DNA of 64,000 nt from Chthoniobacterales bacterium (GTDB taxonomy: Bacteria; Verrucomicrobiota; Verrucomicrobiia; Chthoniobacterales; JAATET01): the NCBI GenBank assembly GCA_015655545.1, contig JAATET010000071.1:2526-66525 (forward strand). The letters are read 5' to 3'. Every line of letters begins with the position of its first letter. Within the stretch, counting starts at the first letter, position 1. Positions 48,439 to 56,608 of the stretch are shown in pieces. Position numbers and translations under genes: made by a program. Under the pieces are notes generated by a model, which saw nothing but the letters and a program-made list of their open reading frames with translations, made no database searches and was not told the origin of the DNA.

Positions 48439-49337
48439 GTCGGGGAGTGTGTCATCGGCGACGCCGTTTCGGTTTTGGTCCACTTGGCCGCGAAGCGCGC
48501 GCGCTCGAGGCCGGAATAGAAATGGCGCGCGGTCCGGGAAGCGTATTCCTGCTCCACCACGGCCGGATCAAACGTCAGCTGATCCATGAATTTTCGATAA
48601 AGCAGGGCGTAGCGTTTATTGCCGGCCTCGTTCGCCCGCGGCAACTCGAGGCCGCCTCCCGCCATGAGCGCATTTTGCCATGGGGAGCCGTCGAGCCAGG
48701 CGCGGAGGCCGGGCTCGAACCCTGCGGCGAGATCCTCGATCCGGAGCAGAAGCAGGCGCACGCGTTTGTTTTGATAAAGTTGATAGCCGCGATCCGGTGC
48801 GAAGGGTTCGGCAAACACATCGATGCCGAAAACTCCACACATCTCGTCGTCGAACCAGCGATCGAGGAATTGCCGGGAGTAACGCTCGTGGAAAAGGGCG
48901 ACCAATGCCCGCGCGACCTCGTGAATTTCGTCCTCTCCCGGCACTGGCCCGGATTTTTTCCGCAGCAGGCGGCTGCAAATTTCGCGCGCTGCAGCGGGCA
49001 GACGATGCACCCAGACCAGATGGAGATTCTGGAAAAACGCGGAGACGTTGCGCCCGATCGGATCCCGAACGAGCGACAGCAAATACCAGTCGCGCTGCTC
49101 CAGGCCGCCGTGAAGATAGCCGCTCACTTCGATGCTCGAGAGCAGATTCGGCGACGGCTTGAAGCCGGGCGAACGCCGCGAGCGGTCCAGCCACCGAATG
49201 ATGGAATCGAGCATCCTGCGTTCGCTGAGTCCGTGGGTCTGATGGATTTTTTCGCCCGGCAAAAAGTGATTCAACGTCTGGAGAACGCTGGTCGAACCGA
49301 CCTTGCCGATCTGATGAATACAAATGACTGGTTTCAT
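48435..49337 (-). CDS. Sulfotransferase-fold protein, family-2-like (module copy B)
   Basis: The ATG at 49337 gives 'MKPVICIHQIGKVGSTSV'. Also 'LLSLVRDPIGRNVSAFF'. It is a paralog of 40445..41293, and a 33-nt stretch is shared with one mismatch (41239-41271 vs 49286-49318). Confidence 0.6.
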   Translation of the reverse strand: MKPVICIHQIGKVGSTSVLQTLNHFLPGEKIHQTHGLSERRMLDSIIRWLDRSRRSPGFKPSPNLLSSIEVSGYLHGGLEQRDWYLLSLVRDPIGRNVSAFFQNLHLVWVHRLPAAAREICSRLLRKKSGPVPGEDEIHEVARALVALFHERYSRQFLDRWFDDEMCGVFGIDVFAEPFAPDRGYQLYQNKRVRLLLLRIEDLAAGFEPGLRAWLDGSPWQNALMAGGGLELPRANEAGNKRYALLYRKFMDQLTFDPAVVEQEYASRTARHFYSGLERARFAAKWTKTETASPMTHSPT

Positions 49338-49389
49338 GCGCTGAGAAGAGTCCGCGCGCCGGGGACGGAAAAGCAGGCGAATCGGGATT

Positions 49390-50265
49390 TCAATTTTCCG
49401 CGAGCAGCCGGCGGAGGTAAGCGCCGTAGGTGGATTTCCCGAGCCGCTCGATCTGGCGTTCCAGTCCTGCGCGGTCGATCCATTTTTGCCGGAAAGCGAT
49501 TTCTTCGAGGCAGGCAATTTTGAGGCCTTGCCGATTCTCGATGATGTGGACGAACTCCGCGGCTTCGAGCAGTGATTCATGCGTGCCGGTGTCGAGCCAG
49601 GCGATGCCGCGACCGAGCAACTCCACGCGCAAGGTGCCGCGCTCGAGATAGCGGCGGTTCAGGTCGGTGATTTCGAGCTCGCCGCGGGCCGAGGGCTGGA
49701 GCGTGCGCGCCAGGGCGGAGGCGTCGCCGTCGTAATAATAGATGCCCGGAACGGCGTAGTTCGACTTCGGCCTGGCGGGTTTTTCCTCGATGGAAAGCAC
49801 CTCGCCCGTCGGGCTGAATTCGACGACGCCGTAGGCCGCGGGATCGGAAACGAGACAGCCGAAGATCGTGGCGCCGGATTCCTGCGCGCTGGCGGCGAGC
49901 AGCGCCTTCACGAAATCGTGTCCGTAAAAAAGGTTGTCCCCGAGCACGAGAGCCGAGGGTTTTCCGGCGAGAAATTCCTCTCCGATGAGGAACGCCTGGG
50001 CGAGTCCGTCGGGCTTTTCCTGGGTCGCGTAGGAAAGGCTCAGTCCGAACTGCGACCCGTCGCCGAGCAGCTGCTGGAAGAGCGGCATGTCGTGCGGCGT
50101 CGAGATGACGAGGATCTCGCGGATGCCCGAAAGCATGAGCGCCGACAGGGGATAATAAATCATCGGCTTGTCGTAGATCGGCATGAGCTGCTTGCTCACC
50201 GCGATGGTGAGCGGATAGAGCCGCGTGCCGGTGCCGCCGGCGAGAATGATGCCTTTGCGTTCCAT
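49390..50265 (-). CDS. rfbA: Glucose-1-phosphate thymidylyltransferase
   Basis: '[38 protein letters not shown]' and 'LGDNLFYG'. The 291-aa length fits RmlA. Confidence 0.9.
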   Translation of the reverse strand: MERKGIILAGGTGTRLYPLTIAVSKQLMPIYDKPMIYYPLSALMLSGIREILVISTPHDMPLFQQLLGDGSQFGLSLSYATQEKPDGLAQAFLIGEEFLAGKPSALVLGDNLFYGHDFVKALLAASAQESGATIFGCLVSDPAAYGVVEFSPTGEVLSIEEKPARPKSNYAVPGIYYYDGDASALARTLQPSARGELEITDLNRRYLERGTLRVELLGRGIAWLDTGTHESLLEAAEFVHIIENRQGLKIACLEEIAFRQKWIDRAGLERQIERLGKSTYGAYLRRLLAEN

Positions 50266-50304
50266 TTTGATGCGTTTACAACCTCGCGGGTTTCCCCGGA
50301 GAGA

Positions 50305-51885
50305 TCATGCGGAGGACGGCGTTTTCACCGAGCGGCGGTGGTCCACAAACGTGTGGCTCATCAAGGTCTCGACGGAATCGGGCCGCGTGGCCTCGATCAT
50401 GATCTGGTAGGCAAACACGCCTTTCCAAAACTGCGCGATCCAGGCGGAGAAGCGATCGATGACCGGCAGCAATCCGGAGCTGGCCTCGCTCAAATCGGCA
50501 ATCGGCGGCCCAAAGCCGTGCACGGCGTCGATGCGGAAGCCGGCGTTGCGAATGAGACGCCGAAACGAGGAGACGGTGAAGAGGCGCGTGTGGGTGAGAT
50601 CAAGGATGCCGCGCCGGCCGTAGTTGAAGTGGCCGATCAAGTGAATGAAACGGATCACGATGTAGGCGATATTTCCGGTGCTCGCGTAGAGTTTTCCCCC
50701 CGGCTCCATCATGGAAAAAATTTGCCGGGCGGCTTTTTCGGGCGCTTTCAAGTGCTCGAGAATGTCGAGCGCGATGACGGTCTGGTAGCGCGTCTCTCCG
50801 AGGGCGGCCGGCCAATCTCCATCGAGGTCGCCTTCGACATGTCGCATCCGGGGATGGACGGCGGCGCGGTTTCCGATCTCGTCGCCGACCGAGATAAACT
50901 GGTCGATCACCGTCACGGAGACTCCGGCGTCCGCGTGCGACAGGCTCACGGCGCTGCCGTCCCCGCCGCCCAGATCGAGCATCGCCGAGCTCTTCGCCAG
51001 CGGGCGGCCGCGCACATAGGAGTGCACGCTCGTGGGCGATTGCTTGATGGTGTATTTCCGGGCGCGATTCGGAATATCGAACTTGGGATTGTAAAAAATC
51101 TCCAGCTGCATGAGCCGGTATTGGAGCGCGGACTTGATGCAGGCGGCGGCGTATTTCACACCGTCCACGCGGCAAATCTCATCCCCGTAGAAAGTGGGAA
51201 TCGCCACCTCGCGAATGGCGAGGCCCGCGGCGGTAAACTGGATGATGATATCGGAGTCGAAATCGAAGCCGAGGCTATTCGCCTCGAACGGCACCTTGCT
51301 CAGCGCGGACGTGCGATACGAGCGGTAGCCGCTGTGCAGTTCGCTGAGATTCGAGCCGATTATCTTGTTTTGCAGCCAGGTGAGGACGCGATTGCCGACG
51401 AATTTATAGAGTGGCATCCGGCCGCGGAGTGCGCCGAGCTTCGTAAGAAACCGACTGCCATACACCGCATCCGCCCCGTCTGGGCGCGAATACTCCGCTA
51501 GGATCTCGGGGAGATATTCCGGCGCGTATTGCCCGTCGCCGTGGAGCAGCACCACGATATCGAATTTTTGCGCGATTGCGTAAAGATACCCGAGCCGCTG
51601 ATTGCCGCCGTAACCTTGGTTGTAGGGGGTGCTGAAGACTCTCAACGGGGCGTTTGCCGCCGCCCATTGCGCCTCGACCGCACGCGAAACCGTCGCATCG
51701 CTCGAATTATCGTCGATAATGAAAACCTCCGCGAGCGACTGGGCGACCCAGGTCGGGATGCGCTCCAGGACTTTCTCGATATGGCGCTCGGCATGGTAGG
51801 AAACGATGAATACCGCCACGCGGTTGGTCTTCAGCGTCTCCGTGGCCAGCCGGACGATTTCGTCGGGATACGGGTGCAAAAACAT
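50305..51885 (-). CDS. Bifunctional GT2 glycosyltransferase (N-terminal) + class I SAM-dependent methyltransferase (C-terminal)
   Basis: GT2 motifs: 'VAVFIVSYHAERHIEKV', 'IIDDNSSDAT', 'LLHGDGQYAPE' and 'VYGSRF'. MTase motifs: 'MLDLGGGDGS' (motif I) and 'MEPGGKLYAST'. I prefer the ATG at 51885 over the TTG at 51891. Confidence 0.75.
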   Translation of the reverse strand: MFLHPYPDEIVRLATETLKTNRVAVFIVSYHAERHIEKVLERIPTWVAQSLAEVFIIDDNSSDATVSRAVEAQWAAANAPLRVFSTPYNQGYGGNQRLGYLYAIAQKFDIVVLLHGDGQYAPEYLPEILAEYSRPDGADAVYGSRFLTKLGALRGRMPLYKFVGNRVLTWLQNKIIGSNLSELHSGYRSYRTSALSKVPFEANSLGFDFDSDIIIQFTAAGLAIREVAIPTFYGDEICRVDGVKYAAACIKSALQYRLMQLEIFYNPKFDIPNRARKYTIKQSPTSVHSYVRGRPLAKSSAMLDLGGGDGSAVSLSHADAGVSVTVIDQFISVGDEIGNRAAVHPRMRHVEGDLDGDWPAALGETRYQTVIALDILEHLKAPEKAARQIFSMMEPGGKLYASTGNIAYIVIRFIHLIGHFNYGRRGILDLTHTRLFTVSSFRRLIRNAGFRIDAVHGFGPPIADLSEASSGLLPVIDRFSAWIAQFWKGVFAYQIMIEATRPDSVETLMSHTFVDHRRSVKTPSSA

Positions 51886-52012
51886 GGTCAAATATCGCTC
51901 CCATGCACGAAGTCTGCGGGCTCAGGACGAGCTGCTGCTTCTACGGAGTCGGCACACATTTGGCAAGGGATTCGCAACGGCGCCGCGAATCGATCGGCAG
52001 GCGGGAGGCTGC

Positions 52013-53650
52013 TCATCGATCGGGTTGGTTGCGCTGAAAAAGGTAGGCGAATTTGCCGGCGCCGTCCGGATACGTGCCGGCCAAATGCCAGGCGGGATCC
52101 GCACGAAAGAGCGCCAGCAATTCCGGCTGTAATTTCTCGGCGGGGATATCGTTTCCTTCCGGCCGGCCACTCAATCCGGGATCCTGCAACAAGACGTAGC
52201 TGGCGTCGCGGGTGAATCGCAGGACTTCCTCACGACGATGCGCGAGAGCGGCACTGATCATGGTGAGTTTACGATTTCGAGCCCGGAACTCGATTTCGAA
52301 ATATTGAGGCACGATCGGATTGGCCTGCGTGACCACCAGCGTCGGATCGTCGTTGGCACCCGAGGCCGCAAGCAGATCGCGGAGGACGCCGTTGTTTACC
52401 GACGTCTGAACTTTTCGTATTTTTTTCGAAACGACGCAGACCGGCGGAAACGAAAAGGCGGTCGCACAAAACGCCAGCACTACACCGGCGAAGACTGCTT
52501 GTCGCCAAAGCGGACGCAGCCATTCACGAGCCCGGGTGCATCGAAGCAGCCGCACGGCATACCACGCGGCGCCGAAGATGAGAAATCCGTAGAACGATCC
52601 TCCCAAATAGGGACTCTTCATCGAAAAAGCCGCGTTCACCACGCAAGTGCCGGCCAGCATCCATAAGAAAGCAGCCGCGCGCAGTCGGACGGCAAGCGTC
52701 TCTCCGCGGGCCAGGTCGACAAGCGATCCCGTCAAAAATATCGCCAGGAGCGGATAGAAGAAATTTCCCAGATTGGAGGCCAGTGCCTTGCCGGGAGCCA
52801 CGTAGTAGGTGAGTTGGTCCCAAAGCGAGCCGTGGAATTCCCAGACTTCGCGGTTGTCTCCGAAGCTGTTGACGAAAAAGTAATCGAAAATTTCGCGACC
52901 GTGCTGCACCCAATACCAGCCCGCCACGGCCATGGCACTCGCGATCGCAAGGGCGAGTCGAATCCCCAAGTCACGAAAGGAAACACCGCCGGTCAAGAGC
53001 GCGATCGCCGCGGAGAGAAACCACGTGCCCCCCATGACCAGCAGCGTCATGGCGAAGGTCGAAGGCTTGATGAGCAGCACCAGGCCGACTGCCACTCCAA
53101 AGGCGACCGCGAAAAGTTTCCGCTCGAAGGGCCGTTCGCTCGCGAGCAGCAGCGTGCAGCTTCCACCGAGCACCACGGCCCACATCATATCGGGCCGGAA
53201 CTGCTGCGCGCACATCGTCGCGAAAGGAAACGCCAGCGTGCCGATGACAAGAGCGGCTTTGATCAACGGCGGCAGCGACCGGGTGATAGCCGCGACGAAA
53301 GCGAGCAGGGCGAACACAACCAACGCGAGTACATAATAGGCGCGCTCGACACTGGGGCCGAAAAGCAGGAAGCCGAAGACCCCCGCGAAGACGGGAAACG
53401 GCGCGTGAAGATTCTGGGTCAGCAGCGCGCCTGCGGCCGCGACGGCGCCTTGATTCGCGCCGAGGAAATAGATTTCCGACGCCTTGTTGAAATAAACGAC
53501 ATCGTCGTAGTTCGTAATCGTCGAGAGACGGCCAATTTCTTTCGACGTCTTAAGACTCGCCGCGGTGAAAAGTGCGGCGCAGCAAAGCAAAATCAACCCT
53601 CCGGTCAACGCCGGCCCGAGATGCCAAAGACTATTTCGACAGCTGCCCAT
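52013..53650 (-). CDS. Polytopic membrane protein, GT-C-like (ArnT/PMT-family-like) putative glycosyltransferase
   Basis: About 12 hydrophobic segments. The first loop carries 'NYDDVVYFNKASE' (a DxxxY-type acidic motif as in GT-C enzymes). A ~140-aa soluble C-terminal domain follows. I prefer the ATG at 53650 over the TTG at 53668. Confidence 0.55.
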   Translation of the reverse strand: MGSCRNSLWHLGPALTGGLILLCCAALFTAASLKTSKEIGRLSTITNYDDVVYFNKASEIYFLGANQGAVAAAGALLTQNLHAPFPVFAGVFGFLLFGPSVERAYYVLALVVFALLAFVAAITRSLPPLIKAALVIGTLAFPFATMCAQQFRPDMMWAVVLGGSCTLLLASERPFERKLFAVAFGVAVGLVLLIKPSTFAMTLLVMGGTWFLSAAIALLTGGVSFRDLGIRLALAIASAMAVAGWYWVQHGREIFDYFFVNSFGDNREVWEFHGSLWDQLTYYVAPGKALASNLGNFFYPLLAIFLTGSLVDLARGETLAVRLRAAAFLWMLAGTCVVNAAFSMKSPYLGGSFYGFLIFGAAWYAVRLLRCTRAREWLRPLWRQAVFAGVVLAFCATAFSFPPVCVVSKKIRKVQTSVNNGVLRDLLAASGANDDPTLVVTQANPIVPQYFEIEFRARNRKLTMISAALAHRREEVLRFTRDASYVLLQDPGLSGRPEGNDIPAEKLQPELLALFRADPAWHLAGTYPDGAGKFAYLFQRNQPDR

Positions 53651-53684
53651 GAGGAGGTTCCGCGACAATCGACACCGCAGGCCT

Positions 53685-55505
53685 TTATGGGACGTGCGTC
53701 GCGCTGGTGGAGTCCCCGGGCGGCTGGGCGACGTAGAGCCAGAATTTTTCGCCGAAGTCCTCGGGGCCGCGAATCAATTTCCACCCGCGTGCTTCCGCGC
53801 TGGCGATGAATTCCTGCACCTTGGGGAATTTTGACTCGTAGGGGGGAATGATCAAATAGCGCACGTCCCTCTGCTTGAGCGCGGCATCGAGCGAATCCGC
53901 CGGAGCGAGTTTCTGGATCAGCGCCATCGTGTCGACAAACCGCTTTTCGATGATCTGGCCGCCGAATCCGAAATAGGAATTCAGCTCAAACGGGTAGCCC
54001 CCCGTGCCCGCCTTCCCTTCTTCACGACTCAGCAATTGGCGGTAAGGCTCCAACAATCGAAAATTCGAGAGCAGTGGCCGCGCTCCCATCGTGCGAGGAC
54101 GAAGCGCTTTTTTGGACTTCACATTTTTGGGGTTCGGCATCAATCGTGCCTCCACATAATAGCGGGGTGTCAGGAAAGCCGCCGCCAGCATCGCGACAAT
54201 CGCAACTTTCCGACAAACCGGACAAACCGCCCGCGCTCTCGGCAAATAATACAGTAGCACCTGCAATGAAAAACCCGCGAGCCACATGAGCGCCAGGCTT
54301 TGCGCGAACATATAGGACGGGCGCGGACGCTGCATGATCATCACGACGCACACCGTCGAGCAGACGGACAGGATCGCGAAGATCACCCAGGCGCGACGCG
54401 CCAGCCAATAGTCCCACCAGAATCGAAAATTTCTCGCCACCAGCACGACACCGCACGCGACGAGAGCGAGATAAGCCGCGCTCAATGAGAGCGCCAGGGG
54501 CTTGTTCACCGCCGTGCTCGCGTAGTCGGGATTGTCGGCGCCGGCGCGGCAGTTGAACAAGGCCACTTGCAATCCACTGGGAATGAGCTGCGCGTTCCAC
54601 CAGAAGTGCTCGAACATCGCCTTGGGATTCGCCTGGATGGCCTCTCGCATCGTGGGCAGCTCGTTGCCGAAATCGCGAACCATCAAAGGCGCATATCCGA
54701 CCCACGGATCGTCGGTATATTCCGGATGACGCTGGCTGTATCCGAAGCAATAGATTTGGGAAATATTCAGCGTGTGCTTGCCCTTGAGTTCAATATCCAG
54801 GGCGGGATATTTGACATTCGATCGCCAATAAAAGAGGCCAATAATCAAGCACGCCACCGCCACGGGGACCACATACGCGGCCAGATAGCGCACGGGACGA
54901 AACGCGGCCTGTTTTCGCCAGATTTGCCAGATGTCGAATGCGACCGACACAACCGTAAACGTCCCGAGAACGAGCAGCATCTCGTTGCGGACGAGAATCG
55001 TCGTGACGGCGAGCAGCCCGATGCAGATGCCCCGCATCCACAAGGACGGTCGCATGGCCAGCAGGAGCCAGAAAATCAAAATGGGGATCAGCGCAAAAAG
55101 GTGAACCTCGTAGAGCGCGTTGAAATTGATCGGAAGCAACAGCCACCACGCCGTGATGAACCAGGCAATGGTGGGAACCAAAAGCCGTCGCGATACTTCG
55201 AAGATCAGCACGGTCAGGATCGCAAGAATTCCAATTCGATGCGCGATCAGGACGACGAAAGGATCTCCACTGAACCAATGAAATGCTCCGAAGTAACTCG
55301 TGTAGAGCGGCGACCAGGCGATGTTGCAAGTAAGGTGGCGGGCGAAATCCAGTGCGGTCGGATAATACGAGCTCGTGTCGCCCGTCGTCATATCCCGAAT
55401 GTCCCACATTCCCCAGATCGTCCGGAGAAACAGCACGGCGAGCAGCAGATATTGCCAGAAAAGCGGGGACCGGTAAAACGCCGGGCCGCGTGGAGGAGTC
55501 GTCAT
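53685..55505 (-). CDS. Polytopic membrane protein, GT-C-like putative glycosyltransferase or polymerase
   Basis: The ATG at 55505 (ATGA overlap) gives 'MTTPPRGPAFYRSPLFWQYLLLAVLFL'. Early loop 'TTGDTSSYYPTALDF'. At least 12 hydrophobic segments and a ~150-aa soluble tail. Confidence 0.5.
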   Translation of the reverse strand: MTTPPRGPAFYRSPLFWQYLLLAVLFLRTIWGMWDIRDMTTGDTSSYYPTALDFARHLTCNIAWSPLYTSYFGAFHWFSGDPFVVLIAHRIGILAILTVLIFEVSRRLLVPTIAWFITAWWLLLPINFNALYEVHLFALIPILIFWLLLAMRPSLWMRGICIGLLAVTTILVRNEMLLVLGTFTVVSVAFDIWQIWRKQAAFRPVRYLAAYVVPVAVACLIIGLFYWRSNVKYPALDIELKGKHTLNISQIYCFGYSQRHPEYTDDPWVGYAPLMVRDFGNELPTMREAIQANPKAMFEHFWWNAQLIPSGLQVALFNCRAGADNPDYASTAVNKPLALSLSAAYLALVACGVVLVARNFRFWWDYWLARRAWVIFAILSVCSTVCVVMIMQRPRPSYMFAQSLALMWLAGFSLQVLLYYLPRARAVCPVCRKVAIVAMLAAAFLTPRYYVEARLMPNPKNVKSKKALRPRTMGARPLLSNFRLLEPYRQLLSREEGKAGTGGYPFELNSYFGFGGQIIEKRFVDTMALIQKLAPADSLDAALKQRDVRYLIIPPYESKFPKVQEFIASAEARGWKLIRGPEDFGEKFWLYVAQPPGDSTSATHVP

Positions 55506-56608
55506 GTCGAAGACCTTTGAAATTTTTGCCGGATCAGCGCCGCGACCTTCCGGGCCTGGCTCCATTTTACGGAGAGATACAATCGGATCATGCGCGGCAG
55601 CGAACGGTGGATTCGGGCGTAGGCACCGATGTCGCGTCGCAGTGCGATCACCTTTTCGCGGGTCGAACGGACTTCATCCTCGAGGAGGACGACTCGAGCC
55701 TTGAATTTGTCGCCACGCTCCGTCGCCGCGCGGATGCGCTCGTCGCGGCGCGCGAAATAAATTTTGTGCATCTCGAGGCGGTCGAAAAATTGCTGGTAGC
55801 GCCTCCGCAGCGCGACGAGCCATCCGCGCAAAATCTCACGCTCCTCATCGGGCAGCATCGCCGCCTCCAGCGCCTCGGTGCCGCGCCGAAACATATCGTC
55901 AAACTGCGTGATCTCGACCGCCGGCGCGAAGCCGCCGAAAGGCTCCTTTGCATGCACGATAAATTGCGACACCGCCCGCGCGGTCACCGCGACGCGCGCC
56001 GCGAGGCTATGCGAAATCATCCAGGCGGAATCCGCGCAATGCCCCCATCCTTCCGGGAACGGGTGGCCGGCCAGAAACGCGGTGCGGTAAAGATTCCCCG
56101 CGCTGCTGCCGAGCAAAGTTTCCGGCACGAAGCTCACCGCGAGCCGGAAGACATCGGCGGGCGCCAGCCGTCGCGGTTCCGCGGAGGGAAGATTTTCCGT
56201 GATCGAATGAATCGGCCAGCGACCGGGCGGAAGCGCGACGCCGCGGTCGTCGAGCATGGCCGGCGGAGAAATCAGGATGTCCGCATCCGCAGCCCGGATC
56301 GCGGCGAGCAAATGCTGCAATCCCGGAAAATCGATCGTATCGCCGACCGTCGAAAAATAGACAAACTCCTCGCGCGCCTGCCGCACGCCGAAGTTCCATC
56401 CTTCGTAAAGCCCGCGCGGACGCGAGTGGAACTCGACATTCGAAAGCGCGATCTCGGCGCGCAGATAATCCAGCGTGCCGTCCTCCGAGCTATCCACGAC
56501 CACGACCTGCGCAACGTGCGGCAGCCACTCGCGAATGGCGCGGATGTGGGGCTCGATCGCGCCCATCGCATTGCGCGTGGGCAGGATGGCAGTGATCGGC
56601 AAAGTCAT
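55502..56608 (-). CDS. Glycosyltransferase family 2 with a C-terminal coiled-coil extension
   Basis: 'ITAILPTRNAMGAIEPHIRAI', 'VVVDSSEDGTLDYL' and 'YFSTVGDTI'. The last ~110 aa are helical and charged ('RVVLLEDEVRSTREKVIALRRDI'). Confidence 0.75.
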   Translation of the reverse strand: MTLPITAILPTRNAMGAIEPHIRAIREWLPHVAQVVVVDSSEDGTLDYLRAEIALSNVEFHSRPRGLYEGWNFGVRQAREEFVYFSTVGDTIDFPGLQHLLAAIRAADADILISPPAMLDDRGVALPPGRWPIHSITENLPSAEPRRLAPADVFRLAVSFVPETLLGSSAGNLYRTAFLAGHPFPEGWGHCADSAWMISHSLAARVAVTARAVSQFIVHAKEPFGGFAPAVEITQFDDMFRRGTEALEAAMLPDEEREILRGWLVALRRRYQQFFDRLEMHKIYFARRDERIRAATERGDKFKARVVLLEDEVRSTREKVIALRRDIGAYARIHRSLPRMIRLYLSVKWSQARKVAALIRQKFQRSST

